Positions 17,686-30,443 are shown, numbered from the stretch's first letter. The stretch: DNA of 36,973 nt from an uncultured Methylophaga sp. (GCA_947631375.1 CANRLD010000001.1:1-36973), one strand, 5' to 3'. Notes: generated by a model from the letters alone, not told the origin. Program-made: numbers and translations.

Positions 17686-18624
17686 ATGACAAACCAGCTC
17701 CCAAAACATCAACCGGTACTTCTCGAAAAAGCCGTTGAAGCGCTACATATTCAACCCGATGGAATTTATATTGATGCGACGTTTGGTCGAGGTGGCCACT
17801 CGCGTGCCATTCTTGAACAGCTTTCCGCTGCTGGGCGGTTATTAGGCCTGGATCGGGACCCGCAAGCCGTCAACGCAGGAAATGCGCTTGCAGCAACAGA
17901 TCCTCGATTTGCCATTGAGCATGCTACCTTTTCACAACTCTCCTCAGTGATTCACTCTCGTCTTTGGCAAGGTAAGGTTGACGGGATTTTGATGGATATC
18001 GGGGTTTCTTCACCCCAGCTGGATGAGGCCGAACGCGGTTTTAGTTTTCAACATGATGGCCCGCTGGATATGCGGATGGATCCCACAACCGGAATGAGCG
18101 CAGCAGAGTGGTTGGCCACCGCCGAAATGGATGAAATCGCCACCGTGATTAAAACGCTGGGCGAAGAGCGCTACGGTAAACGTATTGCTGGCGCTATTGT
18201 GGAAACGCGTGAACATACATCGATCACGACGACCAGACAGCTGGCTGAATTAATCGATAAGGCCAGTCCGACCCGTGACAAGTTCAAACATCCGGCGACC
18301 CGGACCTTTCAGGCAATTCGAATTTATATCAATCGTGAACTTGAAGAATTGAGCAGCGCATTACAGCAGGCACTGGATGTCTTGTCTGTTGGTGGTCGAC
18401 TGGCTGTTATCAGCTTTCATTCACTGGAAGACCGTATTGTTAAACGCTTTTTCCGCGATCAGGCAAAAGGAGATGATTTACCGGCACATTTTCCGGTTAC
18501 CGCCGATCAGTTGAATCCACGTCTGCAAATTATCGGTAAAGTGATTAAGGCCGATGCTGATGAGTTAGCCGTTAATGTACGTGCACGCAGTGCCGTACTG
18601 CGAGTTGCGGAGAAGCTGGCATGA
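17686..18624 (+). CDS. rsmH: 16S rRNA m4C1402 methyltransferase
   Basis: [43 protein letters not shown] and [11 protein letters not shown] 17686 follows AGGCGGAG. Confidence 0.97.
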   Translation: MTNQLPKHQPVLLEKAVEALHIQPDGIYIDATFGRGGHSRAILEQLSAAGRLLGLDRDPQAVNAGNALAATDPRFAIEHATFSQLSSVIHSRLWQGKVDGILMDIGVSSPQLDEAERGFSFQHDGPLDMRMDPTTGMSAAEWLATAEMDEIATVIKTLGEERYGKRIAGAIVETREHTSITTTRQLAELIDKASPTRDKFKHPATRTFQAIRIYINRELEELSSALQQALDVLSVGGRLAVISFHSLEDRIVKRFFRDQAKGDDLPAHFPVTADQLNPRLQIIGKVIKADADELAVNVRARSAVLRVAEKLA

Positions 18625-18914
18625 GTTGGCCGACTTTCCTCGAACATATTCGCCTCGATTTTCCCGTGTTGGTAATGGCGCTGCTGGTGCTGGTTTCATC
18701 GGTTGCCGTGGTCTATACCAAGCATGCCGGCCGCAGTGAGTTTGTTGCACAACAGCAGCTGGAAAACCGTCGTGATCAATTAAATGAAGAATGGGGCAAG
18801 TTATTGCTCGAGCAAAGTACCTGGGCCAGTCCTGCCAGAGTTGAACAGCAGTCCCGCTCGCGCCTGAATATGCAGGTTCCTGAACAATCACAGATAGTTG
18901 TGGTGAGACCATGA
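18621..18914 (+). CDS. ftsL: Cell division protein FtsL
   Basis: Single TM segment, coiled coil, EW..LLLE, RVE and LNM.VP. Located between rsmH and ftsI. Confidence 0.92.
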   Translation: MSWPTFLEHIRLDFPVLVMALLVLVSSVAVVYTKHAGRSEFVAQQQLENRRDQLNEEWGKLLLEQSTWASPARVEQQSRSRLNMQVPEQSQIVVVRP

Positions 18915-20623
18915 GAAGTCGTCGTCCACAGCGCGGGTACCGTCAAACCGGCAGCTGGCGGCTGAATCTGGTTCGGCTATCGTTTATTGTGATTGGACTA
19001 GGCTTACTGTGGCGTCTGGTCGATATTCAGGTAATCAATCCTGATTTTCTGCGTAACCAGGGGGACGCACGTCATTTACGTAATGTGCCGATTGTGGCAC
19101 ATCGTGGCATGATTCTGGATCGCCATGGAGAGCCGCTGGCAATCAGTACGCCGGTACATTCCGTTTGGCTGAATCCGCAGGCAACCGATCCCGAAAACCC
19201 GCAACTGGACAAACTGGCCACGATCCTGGGGTTGCAGGCCAAAACCATCCGCGAGCGCATCTATCAACATCCCAACCGGGAATTTTTGTATTTAAAACGC
19301 CGTGTTACGCCGGAAATATCAGAACAGGTCAGGCAGCTGGCTGTTCCGGGTGTGGCGTTACAGCGTGAATATAAGCGCTACTACCCGGCAGGCGAGGTTT
19401 CAGCGCATGTCGTCGGCTTTACCAATATTGATGATATTGGTCAGGAAGGTCTGGAGTTAACGTATGAGCCGTTATTAACCGGTGTGCCGGGATTGCGGCG
19501 GATGGTGCGGGACAGCCGGGGTAACTTTGTCGGCGGCGGCGAAACGATTCGTGCGGCCAAGGCTGGTGAGAATATTCAACTAAGCATTGATTTACGGTTG
19601 CAGTATCTCAGCTATAACGCGCTGAAAAATGCAGTAGAAAAACATGGCGCGAGCTCAGGTTCTGCTGTTATTTTGGATGTGCAAACCGGTGAAGTACTGG
19701 CGATGGTCAATCAGCCGGCCTTTAACCCTAATAATCGGCAGGGCGTAAGCTCAACCAATCTACGCAACCGGGCAGTGACCGATTTATTTGAGCCGGGCTC
19801 AACGGTGAAACCGTTTACTGTCGTCAGCGGCCTCAAGTCCGGTAAGTTTGACTTAGACAGCATGATAAATACCCATCCCGGCACCTTCCGGGTTAGCGGC
19901 CATAATATTCGGGATTTCCGCGATTACGGCATTATTAACTTGGCAACCTCTATTCAAAAGTCTAGCAATATTGCGGTCAGTAAAATAGCGCTGGAACTTG
20001 AGCCAGAACAGCTGTGGCAGGATTTTGCCAGCTTTGGCATGGGGACAGATAGCGGTGCGTATTTTCCCGGTGAGGCGATAGGCAGTCTGCCGGATCCACG
20101 TTCATGGCGAACACTGGACCGGGCAACGCTGGCTTACGGATACGGATTAGCCACCAATACGCTGCAACTGGCGCGTGCTTATACCATTATTGGTAATGGC
20201 GGCATTATGCGCGATGTCACCTTTATCAAGCAGGACAAGCAGCCATCAGGTCGGCGTGTGTTTTCTAACGACTTGATGCAGACCGTGCGTGACATGATGG
20301 AATTGGTCGTGCTGCCCGGTGGTACGGCACGGCGAGCAGCAGTTCCGAACTATCGCGTGGCAGCAAAGACCGGCACGGTGAAAAAAGCCACTGCCGGTGG
20401 TTATACCGACAACCAGTATGTTTCTCTGCTGGCTGGTCTGATTCCTGCCAGTAACCCCAGGCTGGCCATGGTGATAACCGTAGATAATCCAACCGGTGAT
20501 GAATATTACGGCGGTGCAGTAGCCGCGCCAGTATTTGCTGATGTCATGGTGGGCGCGATGCGGCTGTTAAATATTGCGCCGGATGCCTTACCGCAAACCC
20601 AATTACAGGTAGCGCAGCAATGA
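18911..20623 (+). CDS. ftsI: PBP3 septal transpeptidase
   Basis: RG.I.DR.G, R.YP, G.EGLE, and active-site STVK, SSN and KTG motifs. Confidence 0.97.
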   Translation: MRSRRPQRGYRQTGSWRLNLVRLSFIVIGLGLLWRLVDIQVINPDFLRNQGDARHLRNVPIVAHRGMILDRHGEPLAISTPVHSVWLNPQATDPENPQLDKLATILGLQAKTIRERIYQHPNREFLYLKRRVTPEISEQVRQLAVPGVALQREYKRYYPAGEVSAHVVGFTNIDDIGQEGLELTYEPLLTGVPGLRRMVRDSRGNFVGGGETIRAAKAGENIQLSIDLRLQYLSYNALKNAVEKHGASSGSAVILDVQTGEVLAMVNQPAFNPNNRQGVSSTNLRNRAVTDLFEPGSTVKPFTVVSGLKSGKFDLDSMINTHPGTFRVSGHNIRDFRDYGIINLATSIQKSSNIAVSKIALELEPEQLWQDFASFGMGTDSGAYFPGEAIGSLPDPRSWRTLDRATLAYGYGLATNTLQLARAYTIIGNGGIMRDVTFIKQDKQPSGRRVFSNDLMQTVRDMMELVVLPGGTARRAAVPNYRVAAKTGTVKKATAGGYTDNQYVSLLAGLIPASNPRLAMVITVDNPTGDEYYGGAVAAPVFADVMVGAMRLLNIAPDALPQTQLQVAQQ

Positions 20624-22140
20624 GTTATCAGATGCGCCTAAGCGATTTGCTGCCACAAGCAGGGGCTGATGTTGCGTCAGATCGTGTGATTGCCGGCATG
20701 GGACTGGATAGCCGGACGGTGACGACAGGGGAGTTGTTTTTTGCCGTGGCGAATGATGACAAGATTAACGCGCAACATATTGAGCAAGCGGTTGCTGAAG
20801 GCGTCGTGGCGGTGTGTGTAGACACCAGCGCAACCCTGCCAGCGCCGCTGGTAAAACGATTGGCGGATGCCGATATTGCGCTGTTGAAACTGGAAAATCT
20901 GGCAGCTAATCTGTCACGGCTGGCGGCGGCTTTTTACCGTGAACCTTCGGCCGAGATGACTATCATGGCCATTACCGGCACCAATGGTAAAACGTCGGTC
21001 AGCCACTTTATCGCCCAGGCATTGGAAAACGCGGGGCACGCCTGCGGTGTGATTGGCACCCTGGGCAGTGGTCGTTTAGGTCAACTGAAACACAATGGCA
21101 TGACCACACCGGACCCTGTCAGCTTGCAGGCCATGCTCGCGACAATGCGTGATACAGGCATAAAGTATGTTGCTCTGGAGGCCTCTTCTCATGCACTGCA
21201 GCAAGGCCGGCTGAACAGTGTCGCTATTGACTACGCATTATTTACCAACTTAAGTCGGGACCATCTGGACTACCACCAAAGCATGGCAGAGTACGCCGCA
21301 GCTAAACAACGGTTATTTCATTTTGAATCATTGCAGGCAGTGGTGATCAATATCGATGACGCGTTTGGTCGTGAATTGGTGCCATTGCTGGAAAAAAAGC
21401 AGCTGAAAACACTGAAATACAGCTGCCAGCAGCTTGGGGCAGAGCTGTCTGCATCACAAATCCAGGCGAATCCGCGTGGCTTGCAGTTTGACTTGAGGGG
21501 ATTGCAACACACTCACCCCATCAGCAGCCGACTGCTAGGCCGTTTTAATGTTGAAAATATGCTGGCAACAGCGGCGATGCTGACATTGCTCGGTTGGTCT
21601 GAATCTCTAGTGGCACAAAGTCTTGGGCAGCTCAACAGTGTTGATGGCCGCATGCAGCTGTTGGCGTATGACGCGCCGCCTTCTGTGGTAATTGATTTTG
21701 CCCATACCCCCGATGCATTACAAAAAGCCTTGCAAGGAATGCGGCAACATTTGAATGACGCTTCGCAGCTGTGGTGTGTATTTGGTTGTGGCGGTGAGCG
21801 CGATACGGGAAAACGGCCGCTGATGGGCAAAATCGCTAGCGAGCTGGCCGACCAGGTTGTGGTGACTGAAGATAATCCGCGTGGCGAGGACAGCAAGCAG
21901 ATCATTGAGCAAATCCTTGCCGGTTGTCGGCTGGATGCGCAGCTTTATATTGAAGCGGATCGACAGCAGGCAATTGAACATGCAGTGATGACGGCTTCCT
22001 TGCAGGATATGGTGCTGATTGCCGGTAAGGGGCACGAACAATATCAGGACAAACGTGGCATAAAAATGCCGTTTAACGACTATGAGATCGCCATGCAAGC
22101 CATACAAAAACGCTATTCAGAAACTGAGGTAACGCTATGA
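20620..22140 (+). CDS. murE: UDP-MurNAc-dipeptide:meso-DAP ligase
   Basis: TGTNGKT, TTPD, EASSH, DFAHTPD, meso-DAP-specific DNPR and AGKGHE. Confidence 0.96.
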   Translation: MSYQMRLSDLLPQAGADVASDRVIAGMGLDSRTVTTGELFFAVANDDKINAQHIEQAVAEGVVAVCVDTSATLPAPLVKRLADADIALLKLENLAANLSRLAAAFYREPSAEMTIMAITGTNGKTSVSHFIAQALENAGHACGVIGTLGSGRLGQLKHNGMTTPDPVSLQAMLATMRDTGIKYVALEASSHALQQGRLNSVAIDYALFTNLSRDHLDYHQSMAEYAAAKQRLFHFESLQAVVINIDDAFGRELVPLLEKKQLKTLKYSCQQLGAELSASQIQANPRGLQFDLRGLQHTHPISSRLLGRFNVENMLATAAMLTLLGWSESLVAQSLGQLNSVDGRMQLLAYDAPPSVVIDFAHTPDALQKALQGMRQHLNDASQLWCVFGCGGERDTGKRPLMGKIASELADQVVVTEDNPRGEDSKQIIEQILAGCRLDAQLYIEADRQQAIEHAVMTASLQDMVLIAGKGHEQYQDKRGIKMPFNDYEIAMQAIQKRYSETEVTL

Positions 22141-23510
22141 CATGGAATATTCGCCTGGCTGATATTGCAAGCTGGTTATCCGTGCCATTTACTGACAGCG
22201 ATGCCTTGGTAACCGGCAGTAAAATAGACAGTCGCCTGCTGCAGGCAGGCGATTTGTTCATTGCGCTTCCCGGACAGCAAACGGATGGGCATGACTACCT
22301 TGAGCAAGCCAGACAGGCCGGCGCTGCAGGGGCGTTGGTCAGTCGCCGGGTATCAAGCGAACTCCCGCAGATTGTGGTTGATGATGTGGTCAGCGCCTAT
22401 GCTGAAATTGCCACTCAGTGGCGTAAACACAGCCACGCAAAAATAATTGCCATTACCGGCAGCAATGGAAAAACCACGCTGAAAGAAATGATTGCAGCCA
22501 TTTTGTCACACGCTGGAACGGTGCTGGCAACAGAAGGCAATTTGAATAATGAGTTGGGCGTCCCGCTGACCTTGACACGGCTTAATCAGACACATGATTA
22601 CGCCGTCATTGAAATGGGAGCTAACCATCCTGGTGAAATTGCCCAGCTAACGGCAATGGCTGAGCCGGATGTTGCTGTTATCAATAATATTGGCCCCGCC
22701 CATCTTGAAGGTTTTGGTTCGTTGCAAGGGGTTGCCGAAGCAAAAGGTGAAATCTTTAGCGGACTTAAAGCAGGTGGTGTCGGCGTCATTAACTCGGATA
22801 TGGGGTATGACAAGCTATGGCAGCAAAGCCTTAATGCTCATCGGGTGCTGCGTTTCGGTTTGCAACTGCCTGCAGATATCACCGCCTTGGACTTGCAGCC
22901 AGCGGTAACCGGTAGTCAGTTTATGGTGAGGCTGGATGACGTTTGTCATTATATTTCGTTGCCATTACCAGGGATTCATAACGTCAGCAATGCATTGGCT
23001 GCCATTGCAGTTTGTTCGGCGCTGGATATTAAACCGGAAGCTATCGTAAAAGGGCTGGCCAGCATGAAAGCCGTAGCGCATCGCCTGCAATTACGTCCGG
23101 CAATCAATCAATCTTTACTTATTGATGACACTTATAACGCGAATCCCGGCTCTTTCCGGCAGGCGTTGCAGACATTGATGCAATTTCCGGGACAGCGCTG
23201 GCTGGTATTAGGCGATTTTGGTGAGTTGGGCGCTGAAGCTGCGATTATTCATCAGCATTTGGGCCGCGATGCCAAAGCAGCTGGTGTAGAACGGCTGTTG
23301 AGTATTGGTCAGCAAAGTCAGCTGGCAGCCATTGCGTTTGGGGAAAACGCACAACATTTTCATGACCTGGGTGAACTGGAAGCCGAGTTGAAAAAAACCT
23401 TGGCGGCGGATGTTGTTTTTCTGCTCAAAGGCTCACGGTTTATGGCGCTGGATCAATTGGCGGATCTGTTAGCAGTGGAGGAGAAAGCTGATGCTGTTGT
23501 TGCTGACTGA
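22137..23510 (+). CDS. murF: UDP-MurNAc-tripeptide:D-Ala-D-Ala ligase
   Basis: [32 protein letters not shown] and KGSR. Confidence 0.96.
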   Translation: MTWNIRLADIASWLSVPFTDSDALVTGSKIDSRLLQAGDLFIALPGQQTDGHDYLEQARQAGAAGALVSRRVSSELPQIVVDDVVSAYAEIATQWRKHSHAKIIAITGSNGKTTLKEMIAAILSHAGTVLATEGNLNNELGVPLTLTRLNQTHDYAVIEMGANHPGEIAQLTAMAEPDVAVINNIGPAHLEGFGSLQGVAEAKGEIFSGLKAGGVGVINSDMGYDKLWQQSLNAHRVLRFGLQLPADITALDLQPAVTGSQFMVRLDDVCHYISLPLPGIHNVSNALAAIAVCSALDIKPEAIVKGLASMKAVAHRLQLRPAINQSLLIDDTYNANPGSFRQALQTLMQFPGQRWLVLGDFGELGAEAAIIHQHLGRDAKAAGVERLLSIGQQSQLAAIAFGENAQHFHDLGELEAELKKTLAADVVFLLKGSRFMALDQLADLLAVEEKADAVVAD

Positions 23511-24573
23511 GTATCTGAGCCAGTTTTATACCGGATTTGGTGTTTTCCAATACCTGACATTACGCGCCATTTTGGGGGTAATGACCGCACTGGGAATTGC
23601 GCTGATTGTTGGCCCAACGATGATCCGTCATCTCAGTTTTCGACAAATTGGCCAGGTGGTCAGAAACGATGGGCCAGAATCGCATTTCAGCAAAACCGGC
23701 ACACCGACCATGGGCGGCGCGTTAATTCTGGTCGCCATTACGGTAAGTACTTTGTTGTGGGCAGACCTGAGCAACCGTTATGTCTGGGTTGTGCTGTTGG
23801 TGACTCTGTTGTTTGGTCTGATTGGCTTTGTTGATGACTATATAAAGCTGGTCAGACAAGATCCAAAAGGTCTGCTGAGTAGATACAAATATTTCTGGCA
23901 ATCAGTAATTGGGCTGGGAGCGGCGATCTTTTTATATATGACCGTCCAAACGCCAGCAGAAACCCAATTAATTGTGCCGTTTTTCAAGGATATCGTTATT
24001 CCATTAGGCGGCTGGTATTTGCTGGTGACTTATCTGGTGATTGTCGGCAGCAGTAATGCGGTGAATCTGACCGATGGGCTCGATGGTCTGGCCATTATGC
24101 CAACGGTGATGGTCGCAGCGGCGTTAGGACTGTTCAGTTATGTGACCGGCCACTTTGAATTTGCTCGTTACTTACAGATCCCACATATCCCTGCAGCCGG
24201 AGAGCTGATTGTGTTCTGTGCAGCACTGGTGGGAGCAGGACTTGGCTTTCTTTGGTTTAACACCTATCCCGCACAAGTATTTATGGGCGATGTAGGCGCA
24301 CTGGCGCTGGGAGCTGCACTGGGAACGGTAGCCGTGCTGGCAAGGCAGGAATTGGTATTAGTGATCATGGGCGGGGTATTTGTCATTGAAACCCTGTCGG
24401 TGATGATTCAGGTTGCGTCGTACAAGTTACGTGGCAAACGGGTATTTTTGATGGCGCCTATTCATCACCATTATGAGTTAAAAGGCTGGCCCGAACCACG
24501 AATCATCGTTCGCTTTTGGATTATCACGGTATTTCTAGTTTTGATTGGTTTAGCGACGTTGAAAATACGATGA
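23491..24573 (+). CDS. mraY: Phospho-MurNAc-pentapeptide transferase
   Basis: [28 protein letters not shown] and MAPIHHH. Confidence 0.98.
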   Translation: MLLLLTEYLSQFYTGFGVFQYLTLRAILGVMTALGIALIVGPTMIRHLSFRQIGQVVRNDGPESHFSKTGTPTMGGALILVAITVSTLLWADLSNRYVWVVLLVTLLFGLIGFVDDYIKLVRQDPKGLLSRYKYFWQSVIGLGAAIFLYMTVQTPAETQLIVPFFKDIVIPLGGWYLLVTYLVIVGSSNAVNLTDGLDGLAIMPTVMVAAALGLFSYVTGHFEFARYLQIPHIPAAGELIVFCAALVGAGLGFLWFNTYPAQVFMGDVGALALGAALGTVAVLARQELVLVIMGGVFVIETLSVMIQVASYKLRGKRVFLMAPIHHHYELKGWPEPRIIVRFWIITVFLVLIGLATLKIR

Positions 24574-25928
24574 CGACTGAATTAAACCAACATAGCTCAC
24601 ACTACAGCCTGATCATCGGTCTGGGACAGACCGGTTTGTCATGCGCTAGATTTCTGTTGCAGCAAGGTAATGCCGTTGCGGTGATTGACAGCAGCAATCA
24701 GCCAGCCTGTTTGGATGCACTGCAGAAAGACTATCCCGAAGTGGTGGTAAAAACAGGCGGCATTCCAGTTGACTGGTTAATGCGTGCCGACAGTATCATA
24801 TTGAGTCCGGGAGTCGATCCGCGTTTAACGCAAATACAGCAGGCCGCCGCAGCGGGTATTGAAATTGTCGGTGATATTGAGCTGTTTGCGCGTTATGCCA
24901 ATGCGCCAATTATTGCGATTACAGGCTCAAATGGTAAAAGCACGGTGACTACGTTGGTTGGCTTAATGGCTCGAATGGCTGACAAAGTGGTCGCTATCGG
25001 AGGTAATCTCGGCACACCGGCGCTGGACTTATTAGCCAACGATCCGGCACCTGACTTTTATATTCTGGAACTGTCCAGTTTTCAGCTGGAAACAGTCGAA
25101 TCCTTGAATGCTTTTGCTGCCGTTATTCTCAATGTCAGTCCTGATCACCTGGATCGCTATGATTCGGTTGAAGACTATCAACAGGTAAAGCAAAAGGTTT
25201 ATCGGGGTAATGGTGTCATGGTGATTAACCGTGATGATCCCATTATTTCTGCAATGGCTTATGAAAACCGCAATCAGCTGGGTTTCAGCTTGCATCCGTC
25301 ACAAGGTTTTGAATTTGGCTTGTTAAAACAGCGTGGACATCTCTGGCTTGCTGAGGGAGAGACGCCGTTAATGCTGGTCAGCGAAATGAAAATTACCGGT
25401 AAACATAATATCGCCAATGCCTTGGCTGCTCTGGCATTGGGCTCTGTTATGGGATTGCCGATGGATGTCATGTTAAGAGCGCTGCGAGAGTTTAAAGGGT
25501 TGCCACATCGCTGTCGGTTTGTCCGGGAATTACATAATGTGCGCTGGTTTAATGACTCAAAAGCGACCAATGTCGGTGCCTGTATTGCGGCAATTAATGG
25601 GCTGGCAGAGCAGGGCAGTATCGTATTGATTGCTGGCGGTGTTGGCAAAGGCCAGGACTTTTCGCCATTAATGCCGGTATTAGCGGAGTTTGTCAGTACA
25701 GTCGTCTTGATCGGTCAGGCCGCCGAAGAAATTTCCCGTCATGTCCCGGAGACTGTTCAGTTGCATTTTGCTGCGGATATCAAAGCTGCGGTGCGGCTGG
25801 CGAATAATGTTGCCACATCTGGCCAGCAGGTTTTGCTGTCACCGGCCTGTGCCAGTTTTGATCAGTTCACCAGTTATGCGGATCGCGGCGAGCGTTTTGA
25901 GCAGGCGGTAAGGGAGTTGCCGGTATGA
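24570..25928 (+). CDS. murD: UDP-MurNAc-L-Ala:D-Glu ligase
   Basis: [37 protein letters not shown] and [12 protein letters not shown] 24570 overlaps the mraY TGA. Confidence 0.96.
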   Translation: MTTELNQHSSHYSLIIGLGQTGLSCARFLLQQGNAVAVIDSSNQPACLDALQKDYPEVVVKTGGIPVDWLMRADSIILSPGVDPRLTQIQQAAAAGIEIVGDIELFARYANAPIIAITGSNGKSTVTTLVGLMARMADKVVAIGGNLGTPALDLLANDPAPDFYILELSSFQLETVESLNAFAAVILNVSPDHLDRYDSVEDYQQVKQKVYRGNGVMVINRDDPIISAMAYENRNQLGFSLHPSQGFEFGLLKQRGHLWLAEGETPLMLVSEMKITGKHNIANALAALALGSVMGLPMDVMLRALREFKGLPHRCRFVRELHNVRWFNDSKATNVGACIAAINGLAEQGSIVLIAGGVGKGQDFSPLMPVLAEFVSTVVLIGQAAEEISRHVPETVQLHFAADIKAAVRLANNVATSGQQVLLSPACASFDQFTSYADRGERFEQAVRELPV

Positions 25929-27064
25929 GCCGTGTGAGCACCCACTTTGATTCAAAGTTATTAATGTCAACGCTGGCATTATTGATGATAGGGTTGATTA
26001 TGGTGTGTTCAGCCTCAATCACGATTGCTGAAAATACCACTGACCAGCCGTTATATTTTTTTATACGCCAGCTGGTGTTTGCGTTAACCGGCTTGTTCCT
26101 CGCCTGGTGCGTGATGTCAGTGCGCCTATCTTATTGGCAGCAGTTGGCACCGGTGTTGCTGATGGCTGGGGTAGTGCTGCTCACATTAGTCCTGATACCG
26201 GGCGTTGGCCGCGAAGTGAATGGTAGCTCACGCTGGTTACCGCTGGGGCCGGTTAATCTGCAAGTCGCTGAACTTATCAAATTATTTGCCATTATCTATG
26301 TGGCAGATTACCTGCAACGGCATCATGGGCAACTAAACGAATCATTAATCAGAGTGCTATCGCCGTTATTGTTGCTGAGTGTTGCCGCTGTATTGTTGCT
26401 GTTACAACCAGATATGGGATCGATTGTGGTGATCTTGTCCACAGTGCTGGTGATGTTATTCCTCGGTGGCGCCAGACTGGATGTGTTTGTCGGCTTGATA
26501 GCGATTCTGGGCGGCCTGTTCGCGATGATGGTGTGGTTGGCACCTTACCGGCTGCAACGACTACAAAGTTTTATGGATCCGTGGGCTGATCCGTTTGGTA
26601 GCGGTTTCCAGCTGACTCAGGCACTGATCGCTTTTGGTCGCGGTGACTGGCTGGGCGTTGGGCTGGGCAGCAGTATGCAGAAACTGTTCTATTTACCTGA
26701 AGCACACACTGACTTTCTGTTTTCAATTCTGGCGGAAGAGCTTGGGCTGATCGGCGCAATCGCGGTAATTGCCCTGTTTTTACTGATGATATGGCGGGCG
26801 CTGGCGATCGGACGTGCCGCTGAGGAGGCAGGTCAATTATTTGGTGCGCAAATCGCGTATGGCGTTGCGGTGTGGCTGGGTTTACAGGCCTGCGTCAATA
26901 TTGGCGTCAACATGGGGGTGCTGCCTACCAAAGGGCTGACATTACCGTTAATGAGTTACGGTGGCAGCAGCCTAGTGATTGTGTGTGTGGCAATCGGCTT
27001 ACTGCTGCGTGTTGATCTGGAAACACGGCAGCCGGAAAAAGCATCAGCGAGGGTCAGACGATGA
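25925..27064 (+). CDS. ftsW: SEDS peptidoglycan polymerase FtsW
   Basis: NGSSRW, QPDMG, LPEAHTDF, EELG and PTKGLTLPLMSYGGSS. Confidence 0.97.
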   Translation: MSRVSTHFDSKLLMSTLALLMIGLIMVCSASITIAENTTDQPLYFFIRQLVFALTGLFLAWCVMSVRLSYWQQLAPVLLMAGVVLLTLVLIPGVGREVNGSSRWLPLGPVNLQVAELIKLFAIIYVADYLQRHHGQLNESLIRVLSPLLLLSVAAVLLLLQPDMGSIVVILSTVLVMLFLGGARLDVFVGLIAILGGLFAMMVWLAPYRLQRLQSFMDPWADPFGSGFQLTQALIAFGRGDWLGVGLGSSMQKLFYLPEAHTDFLFSILAEELGLIGAIAVIALFLLMIWRALAIGRAAEEAGQLFGAQIAYGVAVWLGLQACVNIGVNMGVLPTKGLTLPLMSYGGSSLVIVCVAIGLLLRVDLETRQPEKASARVRR

Positions 27065-28140
27065 CACGGGTTCTGATCATGGCTGGTGGTACTGGCGGAC
27101 ATGTATTTCCAGCATTGGCGGTTGCTGAAGTATTACGGTCGCGCGAAGTGGAAGTTGAATGGATTGGAACGGAGCGAGGCATTGAAGCGCGTCTGGTTCC
27201 GGCGGCGTTATTTAAACTCAATCTGATTCCGATAAAAGGCCTGCGTGGTAACGGCGTATTGGGCTGGCTGGCTGCCCCCTTCAGAATCCTGCGTGCAGTG
27301 CGGGCATCACGAGCAGTGATTAAACGATTTAATCCTGATGTGGTGTTAGGGCTGGGCGGTTTTGCTTCCGGTCCTGGTGGGCTTGCTGCCTGGCTGTCGG
27401 GTAAGCCACTGTTAATTCATGAGCAAAATGCCATTGCCGGAATGACTAATCGCTTATTAGCAAAAATAGCCAAACAGGTACTACAGGGATTTGAAGGAAG
27501 CTTTAATCGCTCAGCAAAAAATCGTTGGGTTGGTAATCCGGTTCGGCTGCAAATTGAACAATTACCGTCTCCCCAACAGCGCTATGCCAACCGGAAGCAG
27601 CAGCCGATAAAGTTATTGATATTAGGTGGCAGTCTGGGAGCGAAAAGTCTCAATCAGGTTGTGCCGCAAGCCTTGGCATTACTGCAAAAGCAGCAGCAAA
27701 TTGAAGTCGTTCATCAATGTGGAGACAAGCATCTTGCCGCTTGTCAGCAAGCTTATGAACAGGCAGGCGTCAAAGGCAACGTCACAGCATTTATTGATGA
27801 TATGGCAAGCGCTTATGCAGCAGCTGATTTGGTTATTTGCCGAGCGGGGGCGCTCACTGTTGCCGAAGTTGCGGCGGCAGGTGTTGCAGCGGTTTTCATC
27901 CCGTATCCGTATGCGGTAGATGATCATCAAACACACAATGCACAGGCGTTAAAACAGGTCGGCGCGGCAATAATCATTGCTGACGCGGCATTGGATATAA
28001 ACAGCCTGACGGCGGCTTTATTGCCGCTACTGAACAACCGTCAACAATTGGAACACATGGCAATACAAGCAAGAACCCTGTCAAAACCAGGAACTGCAGC
28101 GCAGATAGCCGATATCTGCCAGGAGTGGGCACATGGCTAA
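27061..28140 (+). CDS. murG: Lipid II GlcNAc transferase
   Basis: GGTGGH, HEQN, GNPVR, GGSLGA, RAGALT and DHQ..NA. Confidence 0.97.
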   Translation: MTRVLIMAGGTGGHVFPALAVAEVLRSREVEVEWIGTERGIEARLVPAALFKLNLIPIKGLRGNGVLGWLAAPFRILRAVRASRAVIKRFNPDVVLGLGGFASGPGGLAAWLSGKPLLIHEQNAIAGMTNRLLAKIAKQVLQGFEGSFNRSAKNRWVGNPVRLQIEQLPSPQQRYANRKQQPIKLLILGGSLGAKSLNQVVPQALALLQKQQQIEVVHQCGDKHLAACQQAYEQAGVKGNVTAFIDDMASAYAAADLVICRAGALTVAEVAAAGVAAVFIPYPYAVDDHQTHNAQALKQVGAAIIIADAALDINSLTAALLPLLNNRQQLEHMAIQARTLSKPGTAAQIADICQEWAHG

Positions 28141-29551
28141 ATTAACATCAGCGATGCAAAGCCGGGTGAAACATATCCATTTTATCGGCATTGGCGGTGT
28201 CGGTATGGGTGGGATAGCCGAAGTATTACTGAATCTCGGCTATCGGGTCAGTGGATCCGATCTGCAGGAAAACAGTTTGATTCACCACCTGCGCCGACTG
28301 GGGGCCACGATCATGATTGGCCATCATGCCGACCATCTGCAGACTGCCGATGTGGTAGTGGTGACGACTGCGGTAAGTGCCGACAATATCGAGCTGGTCG
28401 CAGCACGTGAGCAGCGTATTCCAGTGGTACCAAGAGCAGAAATGTTGGCCGAGCTGATGCGTTTCAGCTACGGCATTGCGGTAGCGGGTACGCATGGTAA
28501 AACCACTACAACCAGTCTGACCGCAGCGTTGCTGAGCGAAGGTGAGCTTGATCCCACTTTTGTGATTGGTGGACGTTTGAACAGTGCCGGAACGAACGCT
28601 CGTCTCGGTACAGGACGGTACTTAATCGCGGAAGCAGATGAAAGTGACGCCTCGTTTTTATATTTGCAACCGATGATTGCTGTGGTAACTAACATTGATG
28701 ACGACCATATGGCAACGTATGAAGGCGACTTTGAAAAGCTCAAGGCGACCTTCCTGGAGTTTTTACACCATCTGCCTTTCTATGGTCTCGCTGTGTTGTG
28801 TATTGATGATGAGGTGGTTGACAGTATCCTTCCGGAAATCACGCGTCCTGTTACGACGTATGGTGAAGATGCACGTGCCGATTTTCGCATCAGCGATATT
28901 AAACAGTTTCAGGGGCAAAGCGAGTTTACCGTCAGTGAAACCGGCAGCGGTCTGCAATACCGTATTCGGCTGAACATGCCGGGACTGCACAACGTGCTGA
29001 ATGCGACAGCAGGATTAGCGATCGCCCGTAGTCTTGGTGTTGACGTTGCTGTCTGTCAGCGCGCTCTGTTGAAGTTTGATGGGGTTGGCCGACGTTTCAA
29101 TATACTCGGCGAAAAACAGATAGCAGATGGCAATGTCCTGCTGATTGATGACTATGGCCATCATCCAACAGAAATTGCGGCAACCATTGCTGCCTGTCGT
29201 GGTGGTTGGGCTGATCGTCGATTGGTGGTGATTTTTCAGCCCCATCGCTATACACGGACTCGCGACTTATTCGATGATTTCGCCCGGGTGCTGTCAATGG
29301 TCGATGTGCTGATTGTGTTGGAAGTGTATCCCGCAGGCGAAACTAAAATTCCTGGTGCAGATGCTCGTAGCCTGTGCCGGGCGATACGCTTACGAGGCCA
29401 GGTTGAGCCGGTGTTGGCTGAGGACACACAAGCCTTATTCTCGGTGCTGCCCGGATTGCTGCAGGATAAGGATCTGTTGCTTACGTTGGGGGCCGGTGAT
29501 GTCGGGACCATTGCCAAAACCCTGGAACAACAACTTGAGGAGCTTTGCTGA
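28133..29551 (+). CDS. murC: UDP-MurNAc:L-Ala ligase
   Basis: [29 protein letters not shown] and FQPHRY.RT. Confidence 0.97.
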   Translation: MAKLTSAMQSRVKHIHFIGIGGVGMGGIAEVLLNLGYRVSGSDLQENSLIHHLRRLGATIMIGHHADHLQTADVVVVTTAVSADNIELVAAREQRIPVVPRAEMLAELMRFSYGIAVAGTHGKTTTTSLTAALLSEGELDPTFVIGGRLNSAGTNARLGTGRYLIAEADESDASFLYLQPMIAVVTNIDDDHMATYEGDFEKLKATFLEFLHHLPFYGLAVLCIDDEVVDSILPEITRPVTTYGEDARADFRISDIKQFQGQSEFTVSETGSGLQYRIRLNMPGLHNVLNATAGLAIARSLGVDVAVCQRALLKFDGVGRRFNILGEKQIADGNVLLIDDYGHHPTEIAATIAACRGGWADRRLVVIFQPHRYTRTRDLFDDFARVLSMVDVLIVLEVYPAGETKIPGADARSLCRAIRLRGQVEPVLAEDTQALFSVLPGLLQDKDLLLTLGAGDVGTIAKTLEQQLEELC

Positions 29552-29552
29552 G

Positions 29553-30443
29553 ATGGCTTCCATGTTTACAGCCTTGCAAGGCAAACTGAAAACCAATGAG
29601 CCTTTGTCGCGGCATACCTCTTGGCGGGTTGGTGGTATTGCCCAGCGCTTTTATCAGCCAAAAGATAAATACGATCTGGCGGCTTTTTTACAGCAGCTAC
29701 CGGTGAGTGAGTCTCTGTTATGGCTGGGATTGGGCAGCAATTTATTGATTCGTGATGGTGGTTTCCCCGGTACGGTCATTAGTATGGCCGGCACCTTGCA
29801 GTCGTTTGAGATTGTAGAACAAAGCATTACAGCCGAAGTAGGTGTTTACTGCAGCAGAATTGCCAGACAAGCTGCGAAACATGGTTTGAGTGGTGCGGCA
29901 TTTCTGGCAGGTATTCCAGGTACCTTTGGTGGTGCACTGGCGATGAATGCCGGGGCGCACGGTGCAGAGACTTGGCAATGGGTAACAGATGTCACAACGG
30001 TGACTCGCCAAGGGAAGTTGGTGCAGCGTCCGGCAAGTGATTTTGTCGTCAATTATCGGCATGTTGAATTGCCGGAGAATGAATGGTTTGTTTCTGCAAC
30101 ACTGAGGTTAAATAAGGGTGATGCGGCGGCAGAAACGACTTTGTTGAAACAGTTATTGAAAAAACGCAATGACAGTCAGCCAATTAACCAGCCGTGTGCC
30201 GGCTCTGTATTTCGTAATCCTCAAGGTGACTTCGCTGGTCGGCTGATCGAGCTATGCGGCTTAAAGGGAACCCGTATCGGTGGTGCCAGCGTTTCCTTGA
30301 AACATGCCAACTTTATTGTCAACGACGGTACGGCCAGTGCCGCCGATATTGAGGCACTTATCGTGTTGATTCAACAACGTGTTGAGGCTGAAACCGGTGT
30401 GAGATTGACGCCTGAAGTCCATATTGTCGGAGAGCATGCATGA
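29553..30443 (+). CDS. murB: UDP-GlcNAc-enolpyruvate reductase (short, 296 aa)
   Basis: HTSWRVGG, G.GSNLL, GIPGT.GGA..MNAGA, GSVFRNP, KHANF and L.PEV. GAGGAG SD precedes ATG 29553. Confidence 0.95.
   Translation: MASMFTALQGKLKTNEPLSRHTSWRVGGIAQRFYQPKDKYDLAAFLQQLPVSESLLWLGLGSNLLIRDGGFPGTVISMAGTLQSFEIVEQSITAEVGVYCSRIARQAAKHGLSGAAFLAGIPGTFGGALAMNAGAHGAETWQWVTDVTTVTRQGKLVQRPASDFVVNYRHVELPENEWFVSATLRLNKGDAAAETTLLKQLLKKRNDSQPINQPCAGSVFRNPQGDFAGRLIELCGLKGTRIGGASVSLKHANFIVNDGTASAADIEALIVLIQQRVEAETGVRLTPEVHIVGEHA

Noticed and set aside
29313-29552. Long N-terminal extension of MurB in the ORF track (similar cases for rsmH, murD, ftsZ, rpsF, rplI, pilZ and dolP)
   Set aside because: These are longest-ORF artefacts. 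SD position, stop/start overlap and family N-termini support the downstream starts.
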